From contig OZ199838.1 of assembly GCA_964304625.1 (NCBI GenBank), positions 10,063,741 through 10,127,740 of the forward strand: 64,000 nt of DNA, given 5' to 3'. Both the position numbers and the translations under genes were made by a program. Origin of the DNA: Kudoa neothunni. Lineage: Eukaryota > Animalia > Cnidaria. The notes beneath the pieces were generated by a model. That model ran no database searches, had not been told where the DNA came from, and saw only the letters and a list, made by a program, of their open reading frames with translations. Below, in pieces: positions 1 through 12,398 of the stretch. The stretch's first letter is position 1; each line of letters starts with the position of its first letter.

Positions 1-1254
1 TTAACTCATTCATTAAATCTTATATGAAATGTTAAAATGATGTAATAAACAAATAATTTGTACGTATAACATGTTTGAAAATAATCATACACTACATTAA
101 TCTCGAAACATTATTAAGTTATGCTTGATGTCTGCGCAATCTAATGGTTATATGAATGTTTTTTTGCTGTTTACATGTGTCTTTATATATAAAAAGAAGA
201 AAAATTATTATAGGAGATGAATGATTTTGTTATAATTGCACAAATTCATGCAATATTGCTCTTCTGAAAATAAATATTTTATTTTGTATTCCTGAAATCT
301 AATATTTTAATTTTACGTAACTTTGAATATAAAATTTATATTTAGATGTTGTACTGCAAATGAGTTTGTTGGTCATTATGATAAAAATTAGTAATTTCGA
401 AAAAGTTAAATAATTATGTTAAACATGTTTTTAATTTTTTTTTATTATAAATGACGTATAAATTTGTATTATTATTACTATGTGGGGAATAATGGTTTAA
501 AAAATCCGGTGGTAAATACTTCCATTATTAATTTAATACTTTTTATACTCAGAAAGAGAAAACCGCTAAAAAAATTCATAAACTAAAACATCACTATCGA
601 TTATTGAAAATGGTGTTTAATTGTAAGAATTTTCAAATTTTAATAGTGTAATTAAAATTGTTTTGAAATACCGAAAAAATACCTATAATTATAAATGATA
701 AGTATTAAAAGCGAATAATATATTGGAAAAAATTGCATGTATTAGATTTAATTATTGTGGTTTTTTTGTCACAATTAAAAATTAACATTTTTAAACCCGG
801 TTTTTATAAAAATATTTTATTACGTTCTTCAACTGTATTAGAATCTAATTGCATCATTGTTAAAATATTCAAATGAATATAGAGATAGACGATTATATAA
901 GATGAAACCACGAATTTAAAAATTAAATTAAACGTAAAATAACAACTTAATTCTTAACACGCCGCGCACCCCATGTATGCCATGATTCTTACGTATATCA
1001 TTTGCTTTTTCGTACTCAATCGAACCTTGGTAAATCCAAATTTGTTTATAATTTAATTCCAAAAATTAGTTTTAAAAGAAAAACTTATCGCCATTAATTC
1101 GAAGGAACGCCTTTCTAGATAAACAAGACGATCAAGTTTACCTCTAATTCTCAACTTTTAAAGTTTTAATAAATCCAACAAGGTGGTTGTATCATTATTA
1201 ATAAGTTAGATCATGCGAAACATGCGAAATTATAGAATCTGGTTTGTATGCTTA

Positions 1255-3091
1255 CCGGGATTTTCAATAAAAACCGGAATACCTTAACTTGAGATTAATG
1301 GCAATTTTTTCTTGTTATTTAATAACGTTAGATAAACAAAGAGAATTTTATATGTATAAATACTAAATATTAATATTCTTTTAATCTAATTAGGGTTGAT
1401 ATCCACATGAGAAAAATCTTGATCAAAGAATGTCTCCGAATGCTGAAAATAACCCATTAGATCAGTGTTTCCCTACAAATTTTCCATCCGTACCCCATCC
1501 TAATTTCCGCGTTCACTTTGCACCCCCTCCTCCATGTGAATGTCAAGACCCAATTATACTTTTTATTTAAATACGAAAATAATAATACCAATGAAAAATG
1601 TCTTAAAATTTTTATTATTTTTGTTTATATTTTAACTTCAAATTTCCGCATTTACTTCTAAAATAAATCAAAACCAAAATGTTTTGGTTAACTCAATTTG
1701 CAATGTATAATTGAAATAGGATGAACATTATCCTTTCACCACTCACGACTTAACTAACACTCAATGATTGGAGTTATTATTCATTCCTGCTTACATATTC
1801 CACTTTTATGTAAAGCAATAAATAATTATAATGAATTATGTTATTATAATTAATCCTAAGTATTAGACGCAAAAAATAAATAAAAGAGTAATACTAAACT
1901 ATATAAAGTATAATCGCTTAATAAGTTCTGTACTTAAAGGTGAAAGTTAAAAAAGTCAGATAAAGATAGCTAATTCGTATAGTTCACAAGAAACATTATT
2001 TAAAAATCAATTATCATTCAGTATTTATTTGATCTGGAGGCTCTTTTGCTCTCGCCGGTTTTCCGTGAGTAATTCAAAGCAGGACATTTTGTTGGACTAT
2101 GAAACATGAAAAATTTTTCGGGGGGTTTAATGGATTCCAATACTTATTAATTGTATATAATGAAGTAGATAAGCTTGTTTCATATGCTATCTTGTGTTGA
2201 ATAAATCTGGCGGTTTCCTTATTTATATTGAGTCATGTGTTAACTTAGATTTATATCGGAGGCAAGGTACAAATTCTAAAGTAAAACTTGAAACGTAACG
2301 ATATAAACTATACGATTAAATGGTGGATCTCAAATTTAGACAGAAGACTAGGTTTAAACTACATCGTGGTTTTATTTTCATGGATATTGACTATTTTAAG
2401 TAGATAAAAATGCTGAAAACTTAATTATACCTTAATCGTATAAATATGTTATTTTGAAAGATAACAAAGTTACAATTTTACATGAAAATAGAGATAGTTA
2501 GATTTTGTAAGTTGAACGGCCTTAACATAAACTATTGCCTTACTGCGCTATTTCGTAGAATCAATAAATTAAATAAATTATTATATCACATTTTTTGAAA
2601 AGAAAATAATTGATATCAAAACAACCAAAAATGTTATTACACGAATTACGTCCTTACATGATTTAAACAGGGACTAACGAAAATTACGGAGTGAGTAAAT
2701 TAAGATTAATTTTAAAAATTATTTTAGAATGACTCCCGCATCCCCTGCAGGGAAACACTGCTTTAGATTATGTTCAGTCACCTTGATTGAAGCGTTTCAC
2801 ATATCCTTCCTAATAATCTTTTCGGGAAAATTAATATCCCTATATTTTTTAGCCAAGTCACTTAGTGTTGACTTGGGAATTTCTAAACCCTCGGAAACTT
2901 CCTCCTGGCCCTCTCCTTTGTTAACTACAGGACGGGAAGCGAGAGCTCTCTTATCTTCCGTATTATGCATTTTTCTGGACATCTTGAATGTCGCTTGATT
3001 TAGCTCTAGTTTCAATTGCGACGAATCAGCTTTTAATGCTGAAAAAAATAGTTTAAATTACAGAGAATCTGGATTCGGATGCAAAAACCGA
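1255..3091 (-). mobile_element. Internally deleted IS630/Tc1-mariner element (relative of the 38896-40133 element), split by a hAT insertion
   Basis: TA-CCGGGATTTTCAATAAAAACCGGAA at 1253-1279 and a degenerate partner ending ...GGATGCAAAAACCGA-TA at 3093 resemble the TIRs of the 38.9 kb element. The minus strand encodes an HTH (LEIPKSTLSDLAKK) and, across the hAT insertion, the C-terminus NL/MGYFQHSETF (cf. NLKNYFQHSDTF). Confidence 0.7.
1463..2760. mobile_element. Non-autonomous hAT (Buster/Charlie-type) element
   Basis: Perfect 11-bp TIR CAGTGTTTCCC (1463) / GGGAAACACTG (ends 2760); 8-bp TSD CATTAGAT/CTTTAGAT (7/8) with central TA. Confidence 0.8.
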
Positions 3092-3629
3092 TATAAGAAA
3101 AATCCATCTATTTGAAATGAAAATTCTCAATATGATGTTAATCACAATGAAAATGACCACCTCGCGTATGTATTGAACGCGGAGCATCTGAAGAATGCTA
3201 TCTCAGAAATACGCTTAACATTTTAACTTAGGACCCAAATGGATCGCATGATTTCTACCCAGTGATGAATAGGATATCTAATATTACAAAAGTATACTTA
3301 GAAATGTACTTTTATAACACAGTTTATAGGAAATAAATGTTAATTAGTTTGTTTAGAAAATAATAATTGTGTTTTTTATTTCACGCACGCACGCGCGATT
3401 AAATGGATATTGTGTATCTTTTTGCCATTCCCCCAAAAAGTGAGTAATAACGATTGTTGACTGTAATTATTTTCATAATGAAAATCTTAAGTTATGCGAT
3501 ACCGAATCACGCAATATCAAATTTCGACTGTATTTCTATAAATGTGTATCTTTATAGAATGAGTGATAGATCGTGAACACCGAGTAAATTTACCTCTTAG
3601 AGTAACAAGTTTTCTCAACTATATCCTTC

Positions 3630-4100
3630 ACATTGCCATATAACAAATTTTATTTATGTCGTGCTCTAAAACTTCGCATTTGACATCCCCAACATTGGAT
3701 CTTGTTATTCTTACAGTCCTTTGTGCAATGAAACCATTATACAATATTTTAGCTCCATTTTTGTTACTTTTTAGTATAACGTGCTTAAGTTTATTAATCT
3801 GGTTACCACTCATTAAAAACTTCGAACACCAAGCAATAATATGTTACTTGTAGTAGCATGCAGGTGCAATGACTCCGTCCCTTTTACACTCCTGTTACGA
3901 CGTCATAAGGTTTTGGATAAATTGATCAATAAATCGTTGTTTTATCTGTTTTCGTATTCTACATTTTTGTAATTAATAGTCGATTAAAATTTAATAAAAT
4001 GAAGGCATTCAAGCGAATCACTTTATGATTAAGAAAAGGTACATTTCTGTTATATAATTGAAACAAATTTAAACGATTTATTATATCAAAACTGAATTAA
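3630..4100 (-). pseudogene. Possible highly decayed LINE reverse transcriptase fragment
   Basis: Minus-strand fragments QLYNRNVP and YDVVTGV*KG-GVIAP resemble the RT motif (K)L..RGVP...GVRQGGVLSP; many stops and frameshifts. Confidence 0.25.
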
Positions 4101-4689
4101 ACAAGTCAACACCATCCAGGATAAGTTTAGTTTAAAATTTAATCGCGCGCACACAAGCACAGAAAGTAAGATTGATTTCTGAAAAGTAATAGGAGCATTT
4201 GCTCGGTTTTTTAGATATCTCTCCTCTTTAGGTAATAACTCTAATTTAATAAGAAGTTTGACCAAGAGCATAAATATAATTTTTCAAATATTTATTAACA
4301 AACTCATTTATCCGCAAAGAAACTCAAACCGAACGTTGCGCTAACACTGTGGCACCCTAGGGTCCAAAAGGCATTAGCGGTAGTTTAATGTGGTTTTTTG
4401 TTTCACCGACATAGAGCTAGTATCCGAGCTGTTAAAAATGGGATTACAATCTGTCATCATTAGGTGGATAAGATGTAAAGAAATCACCTGAAAAATATTT
4501 GGAAGAATAAACCAAAACAGCTTCATAATTAAATTGTTTAAAAATAAAATTGTACTTAACAAAATTTGTCGAAAAAATTATTGCTCGCATAAAATAATGT
4601 TTACGACGTTCAAAACCAAAATTCCATACTATAACTACCCTTTTCGTATAATCTTATAATAGAAAGTATCAAAAGGCGACACTTTTGAT

Positions 4690-6000
4690 TAATGGACGTT
4701 TTGATGAGTCATCAAAACCACCTCCGAATTATTTCTAACACTTATACGTGGTGATTTGGAGTGTGAAAAGAGTCACTCATCATGTTTAATAAACATCCAT
4801 TGATAAATATTGGCGTCATACCTGCCGACGCTTTCATACCACCTCCAGAGAATAGTAACCATATAAATAAGGTTAATGCTGGCTAACATGTGATTAAATT
4901 TTCTTTGATTTGACTGGTCAGTCGACCGGTAGTTAGAAGCGGGAAAGAGTCACTGTACTGGCAACCTACCGGTACAATGGTAGATTCTAATCCCATGCTG
5001 TGTACAATTGTGTACAATGGATTATTTTTATCAATGATATTTCAATCATATCTGAAATCTTATCAATTATCAGCTGACACAAATAACTCTCATTGTTCGA
5101 TTATTCCAAAAGGTTTTATCTCGATATAATCAATCGCTTAGAGAGATAACTCGTTCACTGATAACTTAATATGCAATAGATTTGAAAGGGGTTTTTGAAT
5201 TGGAAAGATAAAACTGATAAGTATTGTTGGCGAGGAGAGCAATAACAACCACAATTTTAGTTAAATAGATTCTAATTGTTTAAAATAATGATATAATTGC
5301 CTAAATGATGTCGAAATTATTTGCCATAGTTAATAATTGTAGACCATGAACGTTAATAGGATTTAAATTAATTGTTAGTTGTTTACAAACTAAATTGAAT
5401 AGAATTAGGCAATTAACTGTTCACCTCCCATTAAACTAATTAACTTTTACTCATGAAAATGTAATTTTTCCAATTCGAATCTACCACAAAAACATGCCAA
5501 CAATCATCCACAATTGATTTCCGTATCAGCAAATGAGTTATCTAACGCTGATTAGTGATAAAAAGCTTATATTCCCAGTTGTCATGGTGTATCATAATTG
5601 TTTTTGTTGATATAGTAATTGTCGGTTGGTCATGAGTCAATTCCCATGATTACGGCGCTATTACCGCTTATAATTGGTATCATTGTTGTGTATATTTATC
5701 ACTAATAGAATATTTCCAAAGGTATTGCTTTTACTTCAATGTTTAAATTCTCAATTGTATTTACGAGTGTGGTTATTCATAATAGTTTGGTGATGAATAG
5801 TTTTCGATAGGGTTTTGTTGGGAGCGCAGCTAGGAGGCTAGGCGAGTGTGGTAGTCAATCGGACAATGTTGCCAAAAGGGGGCGGAGTGTGTTGAGTGTC
5901 ACAAAGCGCTTTCCAATGGCATTTCAATTTCAATCGGTGACCACACACGCTTATTGCCAGATAAACTATTTAAAGTTCAATCTAACCGCACTCATTTATT
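4690..6000 (+). promoter_or_regulatory. Upstream regulatory region / promoter of the SoxB gene
   Basis: GC box GGGGGCGGAG 5878-5887, CCAAT 5913-5917, TATTTAAA ~5967, AP-1-like TGAGTCA sites (4705, 5633), repeated ACAAT/ATTGT and WGATAR motifs; no recognisable TE in this interval. Confidence 0.5.
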
Positions 6001-6082
6001 TTCCGATATAACGATGATAATATAATGAATTTAGTGCGAAACATTTATAGCTATTTATTTGTAATATTATTGGAGCGTCACA

Positions 6083-8365
6083 ATGGATACCAAAGATAAC
6101 TCTGAGGATTTCTTAAATCGACCATCTCTTAGTTTTGACATTGAAGCTAAGAGATTGAAATTGTCGCCAATCGATAGCAACGACGAGGAATGCGTTGTTC
6201 TAAACAATAGCAATAACGATAACGCTGATGCACAATCGAACAGCTACACTCTTAACAATGCTAACAGTAGCACCTATAATGCGGTGGTGCCAATTTCGAA
6301 TGATGATGAGGAGTCATCGATCAATACTGACAGTATAACCACCAATAACAGTGGCAGTAGCGGCAACAATATGTCATGCCATATCAAACGTCCCATGAAT
6401 GCTTTTATGGTCTGGAGTAAAGAGAAGAGAAAAGAGATGGCCAAGGTAGATTTATTGTTGCCGTTAATACGCCCAGAGTTTAAAGTTTTATCAATAAATG
6501 TCGCTATCTTAACCAGTTAGATTAAAAATGAGTAGTATAGGTTTTTGTTGTTAATGGTGATATATTGGTTTTTTTGAATTAGACCAACCCACGAATGCAC
6601 AACTCAGAGATATCTAAGTTGTTGGGCGCGGAATGGAAAAAACTGGACGAACAACAGAAAGCTCCTTATATTGAGGAGGCAAAAAAGCTTCAAATTCAAC
6701 ACAATATTGAACACCCTAACTACAAATACAAACCAAGACGAAAGCAAAAGCTCACATCCAAAAAGGTAATTCATAACAGTTTTTGTTCGTCAATCGATCG
6801 CCATTGATAGTACTTTGCTGACTTGCAAAGCTTCAATGGAACCTACATGAATGACTGTGTTGGTCAGAACATTTTCAATTTATGGGGTGTAACTCCAGAG
6901 ACACCAAACCTTCAATTTCATCCCATCATGACGTCCGATTATTTACAACAATTGTCTCTCATTCACCATCATCATCAACAGCAACAACAACATCAACCCC
7001 AAATGATTAACAACATTGCAGCTACAACTTATGCCAATTTGAATCATACCAATCCCTTTATAAGTAATGCGTTTGGACCGAATAATTTGCATGCCTCTCA
7101 AAACGGATTCTCCAATGAAATGATCCACTCTGATCTCAAAAATCTCTTTCCAAACAACGTCAACAACATCAATAATGGCAGCAGATGCACAAATAACGGT
7201 CCTATTATTTCCAACCCAAACAATCAACTCGAAATCAAACGACTTATTGACGCCATTTCTCCAGAAATCGTACCCTCCACCATACCAACCAACAATTTTA
7301 ACACTATGATGAACCATGAAAGTCTACTGAAAAAACACTTCGAGATGAACAATGGCAACAACTTCAAAAACGAAAACACTCCATTGGAGAATCAAATGAA
7401 AGCAATCAATCCTTCCACGCCGTTGTTTGATGGTTGTTCCTCCAACAGCGCCAAAGTTCACTATGCAACCAACAATCCCAATTTTGAGGGCAACAAAGGC
7501 CAGTTGTTCCCTAATAGAAACAACCTCTTAAAAATAAGTGATAATGAATGCAACCTCAACGGGCTGAATACATTAGTGAATGGAAACGTCATTCCCAGCC
7601 ACCAAACCTACGTGAAAAATGGATGTCATAATGCCTCCAGTGTTAACTTTCAATTCATGCCCAACAACAACGCCAGTAGCAATGGACGTTTCAATAAAAC
7701 TATCGGTACTTCCAATTTCCCTACTCAAAGTTTCGTGAGGGTATAAATAAATGACGCAACCTGTCTTATGATAATGATGGAGGTTGTTAATTTGTGATGT
7801 ATTGTTGTAGGAACCGATAAATGTAGCTGCATCATTACCAAATCTAACCAACGGCTCAAAGTATATCCCTAATCATGTGATGGTGGCTAATGGCAACCGG
7901 ATCGATTGGAACAACTTTTCATCCTCATCCAACACAAGCAGCAACAACAACAACAACAACCTCGAACCAGCCAGCAGCGACATATCCAACCCCCTCAGCT
8001 TGCAACACAGCAACAAAAATTTCAACTCTCACAGTGGCTTTAACCCCAACTATACTAATGATAATACCAAAAATTATTCGACTGAATCTATCGCTCTCGA
8101 CTCGTTCTCTTCCTCATTCAATTCCCTAAATCACCCGAACAATTTCAGCGCAAACAAAACCGCTAGCGATAGCGGATTGTTCTCGGTAAACGAACACATG
8201 TTTACTTCCTCAAATATCCAAAATGAAAAAGGTATTGTGGAGTTTTTTGTGTAAAAGTTAATTTTATTGACTAAAGACAACTCCATTAACAACAGAAATA
8301 CCTTCTTCGACAAATGCAAATACACTGTTGATGGCGACAATTATATTCACTCTAATGAACAATAA
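6083..8365 (+). CDS. SoxB: SoxB-group HMG-box transcription factor; exons 6083-6445, 6583-6765, 6811-7740, 7811-8231, 8277-8365
   Basis: Spliced HMG box [22 protein letters not shown]|[21 protein letters not shown]...[13 protein letters not shown]; MHNSEISK and GAEWK are group-B signatures. All four GT-AG introns keep frame; the last exon is the least certain. Confidence 0.92.
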
Positions 8366-8849
8366 TGATGTGTTAATTTGAATTGCACGCTTTGCCTATC
8401 GTGATTGTTGCGATTCATTGCCTATTATATTACTATCACTAAATATATTACCTATTTAAAGTGTTAAAATAAATATTATTGTGTTTATTTTAAATTTGAA
8501 TCGGCTTTTTCTTGCGTTTTCTAAATACGGTCGAACCTCGATTATCCTGAAATCGCGATATCCAAAAGGTATTTTAAATTTTATTAGGATTTTAATGAAA
8601 TCACTTGTTGATAAATGTTCGATTATCCGGAAACTGGAACAACTATTTAATCATTATTCTGGATAAAAAAATCACCAATCATCGTACGGCATATACAGTG
8701 TAGCATACATACCAATACATACCAATGCAATGTTTGAAACAACAATATTTCTGAGTTGATTTTTTATAAATTTTTCTTTTAAAACTTATGTTAAGTATTC
8801 AGTTCTTATATAAACTTGTAGCACGTATGAATGTATGTCTGTACGCATA

Positions 8850-9714
8850 TTAACCTTCGAATACCTTAAGGTGGCCACTGCGGCCAATCAGCTCTTATTA
8901 TATGAATAACTTTTACAAAATGTTTTATTTCCTTTTTTCCCTTGATGTATTTTATAGTATAATGGTGCTTTTAAAAATATTCAAATAGTGGAGTTTTACC
9001 TTTAATATTCTCGCTTACAATCAAAAAAGGAAACAAGTTACACGGATAACTGAACATTCCCACCATATAAATAATAATGTCCAGGTAGTTGAAATATATA
9101 AAAAACTTCTCTGCGGTAAAATAAAAATTATAAATGTACTTTGAAGCAAGAAATGTTTCTAAAATTTATTTTTTTGTTTCTATAACAACTTGATTCTATT
9201 AACTAATTTAATCTGGCATGTGAACCACGCAAATTATAGTAATTTTGTTAAATTACATATCAACAAAAAGTATTGAGTTAAATATAATTGTTTAAAGTTT
9301 AATTTAAAAGTTTGAATTTATACATTTAACATATCTATGTCAATAGGGGAAGAAATTTCATAATAAAATCATGGATTTTGAGAATAAAACAAAATATTAG
9401 TAGTAAAAACAATAATAAGAAAGTGTGAACGATGAAGCAATAATAATACAGTTTATTTCTATTTTTCACGCTATTCAAATTATATATAGGCATAGTTCTT
9501 CCTGTTTTCGCACCTGCGCAAATAGACACAAAAATATATCATTGATTTATTTTTATCAAATTTGTTACATTTTAGAATGTAAAAATATCGTAAATAATTA
9601 GATTTCTATCCTTTCGTGCAACGATTTTTATTATTTTAATACATTTTGGCGTGTGATCACAAGGGCCACTTCAGGTATTCGTGTAACTTTTTTCCTCAGC
9701 TGTTCGAGGATTAA
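8850..9714. mobile_element. piggyBac-type non-autonomous element
   Basis: TTAA-CCTTCGAATACCTTAAGGTGGCC at 8850; the other end reads GGCCACTTCAGGTATTCG...TTCGAGGA-TTAA (ends 9714). Confidence 0.7.
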
Positions 9715-9970
9715 AAAATCATTAATTACAGATTATTTAAAAAGTAGATTGCTCCTCTGAAGAATTTTGTTGCTCCCTTAATTATGTACTGTTTTATCTT
9801 GTAAGTATCCATATCCTTGGTTAATAGACATTCCAATATTTTTAATTTAGGCTGCACATGTTAAGTTATTTTATTTAAAATATAAGAAAACTTTCCTATT
9901 AATCAAGGAAACAATTCTTTAAGCTGAAATGTCAAAAAATACATGTGCGCTCGATACTGTCTATGTTCGA

Positions 9971-12150
9971 TTAACCTTCCGAGTGTTTCTCGGGTAAATT
10001 TGACCCCAGAATCTATTGTATTACAAGTTTTATATACACAGAAAATTTTGACATTAGTAATATCTGGTGTATTTTCCCGAACATACCGTATTTTATAATT
10101 ATTTAATAAAAGGTCGAAAAGGAAGAATAAACAACGATTTACAAGAAAATATACACATGGTGCTTTTGGGGTAAATTTGACCCCAGGGATTTTAATACTA
10201 TAAATGATACTAAATTATTTAAAAAAAATGAATAATTCCGGTTGGTTGAATTCTATAGGAAGAATACTGTGAAAATAAGGAAAACATATAACCCAGATCA
10301 CACGCGATGACACACACAGATGCATCCATTTCATCGCGCACTTCGCGAGAATTTTTCCGAAACACGCTGACAAAGCCCAGGGAAGACTTTGGTGAGATTT
10401 TTCTCACTGATTATGAGAGCGATTCTAACGAAATTAATTAGATCACGTATTTTAATCATCAAAATTCAGTTTTTGGTGGGTCTAGCGATAAAAACGAGGA
10501 TTTGAATGCGTTTTGTGAGAAGACTAATTTTTATTGCCTAAAATATATCCAAAGGGTGATTTAAAAAAAATTCATATTGTTTACGTGCGATCCAAACTAG
10601 ACTAAAATGATTAAGTGACTATTTTTACATTTTCCCTGTCTCCGAGGGGATTACGTCAAGTGGTTGCCAACTGCAGGAACCTAATTTATCAATACTAGCG
10701 GGAACTGCCCAACGTTGCATGGGGAAGATTTCGCATAGATACGTTTCTTCATAATATTCAAAAAATATATTAAAATTTCAAATTAACCCATAGATGCAAA
10801 ATAACTAAAAGTTTTTAAATGACATGCTGTCAATGATTTGGATTAGCGAAATTTAAACTATGATCATTTCTGTGAAGGAAAGTATCAATTCCAGCGTTCA
10901 TTTAAAAATTTGGTGGCCCCGAAACAACGCTAAATAATTTATTTTCAGTGTCGTATTTTGTTGCATTCCCGAATTATTTAAATACCGTTAAAATGTTACC
11001 CTAAACGTTATTTTTGGCCCGGCTCAGAAAATTTGTGCACCGTTGTTTACGGGAGAAAAATAAATAGAAAAAGATATAGAGATAGAAGAAAACATAAGAA
11101 AATTTATGTTTATTGCTCAAATTAATATCCCTTGGTCCGGCAAGAGCTTAACGCACTTTTTCCCATAAACAGCCACAAATCGCGTCAACTTCAACACAAT
11201 CAATTTAAATAATTGGGTGAAATAAAAGTACAATCATCTGCATTGAATTTAATCACGGGAAGTTAAGCTTTGCGGACGATTTCGATGAAATCTACGAATG
11301 CAGTATTTCTATTATAATGCCTCAATCAATGTAATTTTAACGTTCTCCACCAATTCGTTATTCATGAAACATATATAAATTTTTATCATATCTAAAACCA
11401 TTAATAGAACCTTCAAAATGTGTTTATCAAGTCAAATATGTTAAAATTCCACAAAAAAGGAATGTATTTGCACAAACAAACACCCAAATAGAAACGCCAA
11501 ACTTATACACACAGATAGATGGCATCGCTTAATTGACATTTAATAGAGCATTTAAGGGAGAATGTTAACTTCGACCGACCTTCACCAGGACATAAGCCAG
11601 TGCTAATCTTATTGTTAAACTCGAGTAATCCGATAAACAAACTTTGAATCGACAAAATCACTATTTTGTAACCACTTTTAGGAACATTTGGTAGAATGAA
11701 AACGATTTAAAGATTCTTTGAAATATTGTGATTTTTTAAAATTTCATAAGTGTCTCTTTATAAGGAAAAATTTTAACGCACATGTTTATTTGCTGACACA
11801 CACACGGACACTACAACTTTATATATATTGAAGTAGATTTTTAGTAACAAAAAGTTTAAAACATTTTTAAACGCCAAAAATTAGTTTATATCACTAATTC
11901 GTTACAATAAAGTCCAAGTCGACAAAAAACATGTTGCGCCAACGAATTCACACGGATTCGAACTATTTTGTATACACGCAGCATAAATCTTGGCGAAACT
12001 ACGACAAGAATTTGTCTATAAATTTTTATTTAATATTGCATATGATTACATAACTATTTATTGCAGATAACGATGCAATAAAAGCCTGGGGTCAATTTGA
12101 CCCCAAAAGCACCAAGTGTATAGTCCATTTTGAGGTGCTCGGATGGTTTA
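9971..12150. mobile_element. piggyBac-type non-autonomous element containing a Helitron
   Basis: TTAA-CCTTCCGAG ... CTCGGATGG-TTTA; subterminal palindromes GGGTAAATTTGACCCC (9992, ~10168) and GGGGTCAATTTGACCCC (12088-12104). Confidence 0.75.
10695..11837 (-). mobile_element. Non-autonomous Helitron, copy 1
   Basis: Minus strand begins A|TCTACTTCAATATATATAAA, has a GT-rich microsatellite near the 5' end, and ends with hairpin CCCATGCAACGTTGGG then ...CCCGCTAG|T; no TSD, inserted between A and T; second copy at 40167-41271. Confidence 0.85.
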
Positions 12151-12256
12151 CTAGAACCTAGCCATCCGGTAAGAAAATGGCTGGTCACAAATTTCGCGGA
12201 TAATCGAGGTTGGACTGTATCTTATTGTATATGTATGCTCATTTATTTGAGGGGAA

Positions 12257-12373
12257 TGTAGTGAACCTAATATAATTAATCATCACCTTTATGTTATGGT
12301 CGAGGTTCGTCGTCGGTGGCGTGGTTAGTTTTGTTGAACCGTGTTTTCTATAGCTTGTCGCTGCCGCGTTACA
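12257..12373 (+). repeat. 5' LTR (117 bp)
   Basis: TGTAGTGAAC...GCCGCGTTACA, identical to 16305-16421. Confidence 0.98.
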
Positions 12374-12398
12374 TTTGGTGTCAGAGGTCCAAGTGAAA

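Larger units (their letters stand above)
8528..12217. mobile_element. pogo/Tigger-like MITE hosting nested insertions
   Basis: TA-CGGTCGAACCTCGATTATCC at 8526 and GGATAATCGAGGTTGGACTG-TA ending 12219 (20-bp TIR, 2 mismatches, TA TSD). Confidence 0.75.

Noticed and set aside
2040-2230. Minus-strand PLNPP and ETARF fragments suggesting a Tc1 catalytic domain
   Set aside because: They lie inside the TSD-bounded hAT element, and the Tc1 C-terminus is already accounted for on either side of it.
6943-8340. Antisense and alternate-frame ORFs over SoxB (also over gag-pol, GATA, convertase, importin and EME1)
   Set aside because: Shadows of real coding sequence, with no recognisable motifs of their own.
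12296-12345. GGTTCG and TGGCGTGGTTAG in the LTR resembling Pol III B and A boxes or a tRNA
   Set aside because: The boxes are in the wrong order and no cloverleaf can be formed.
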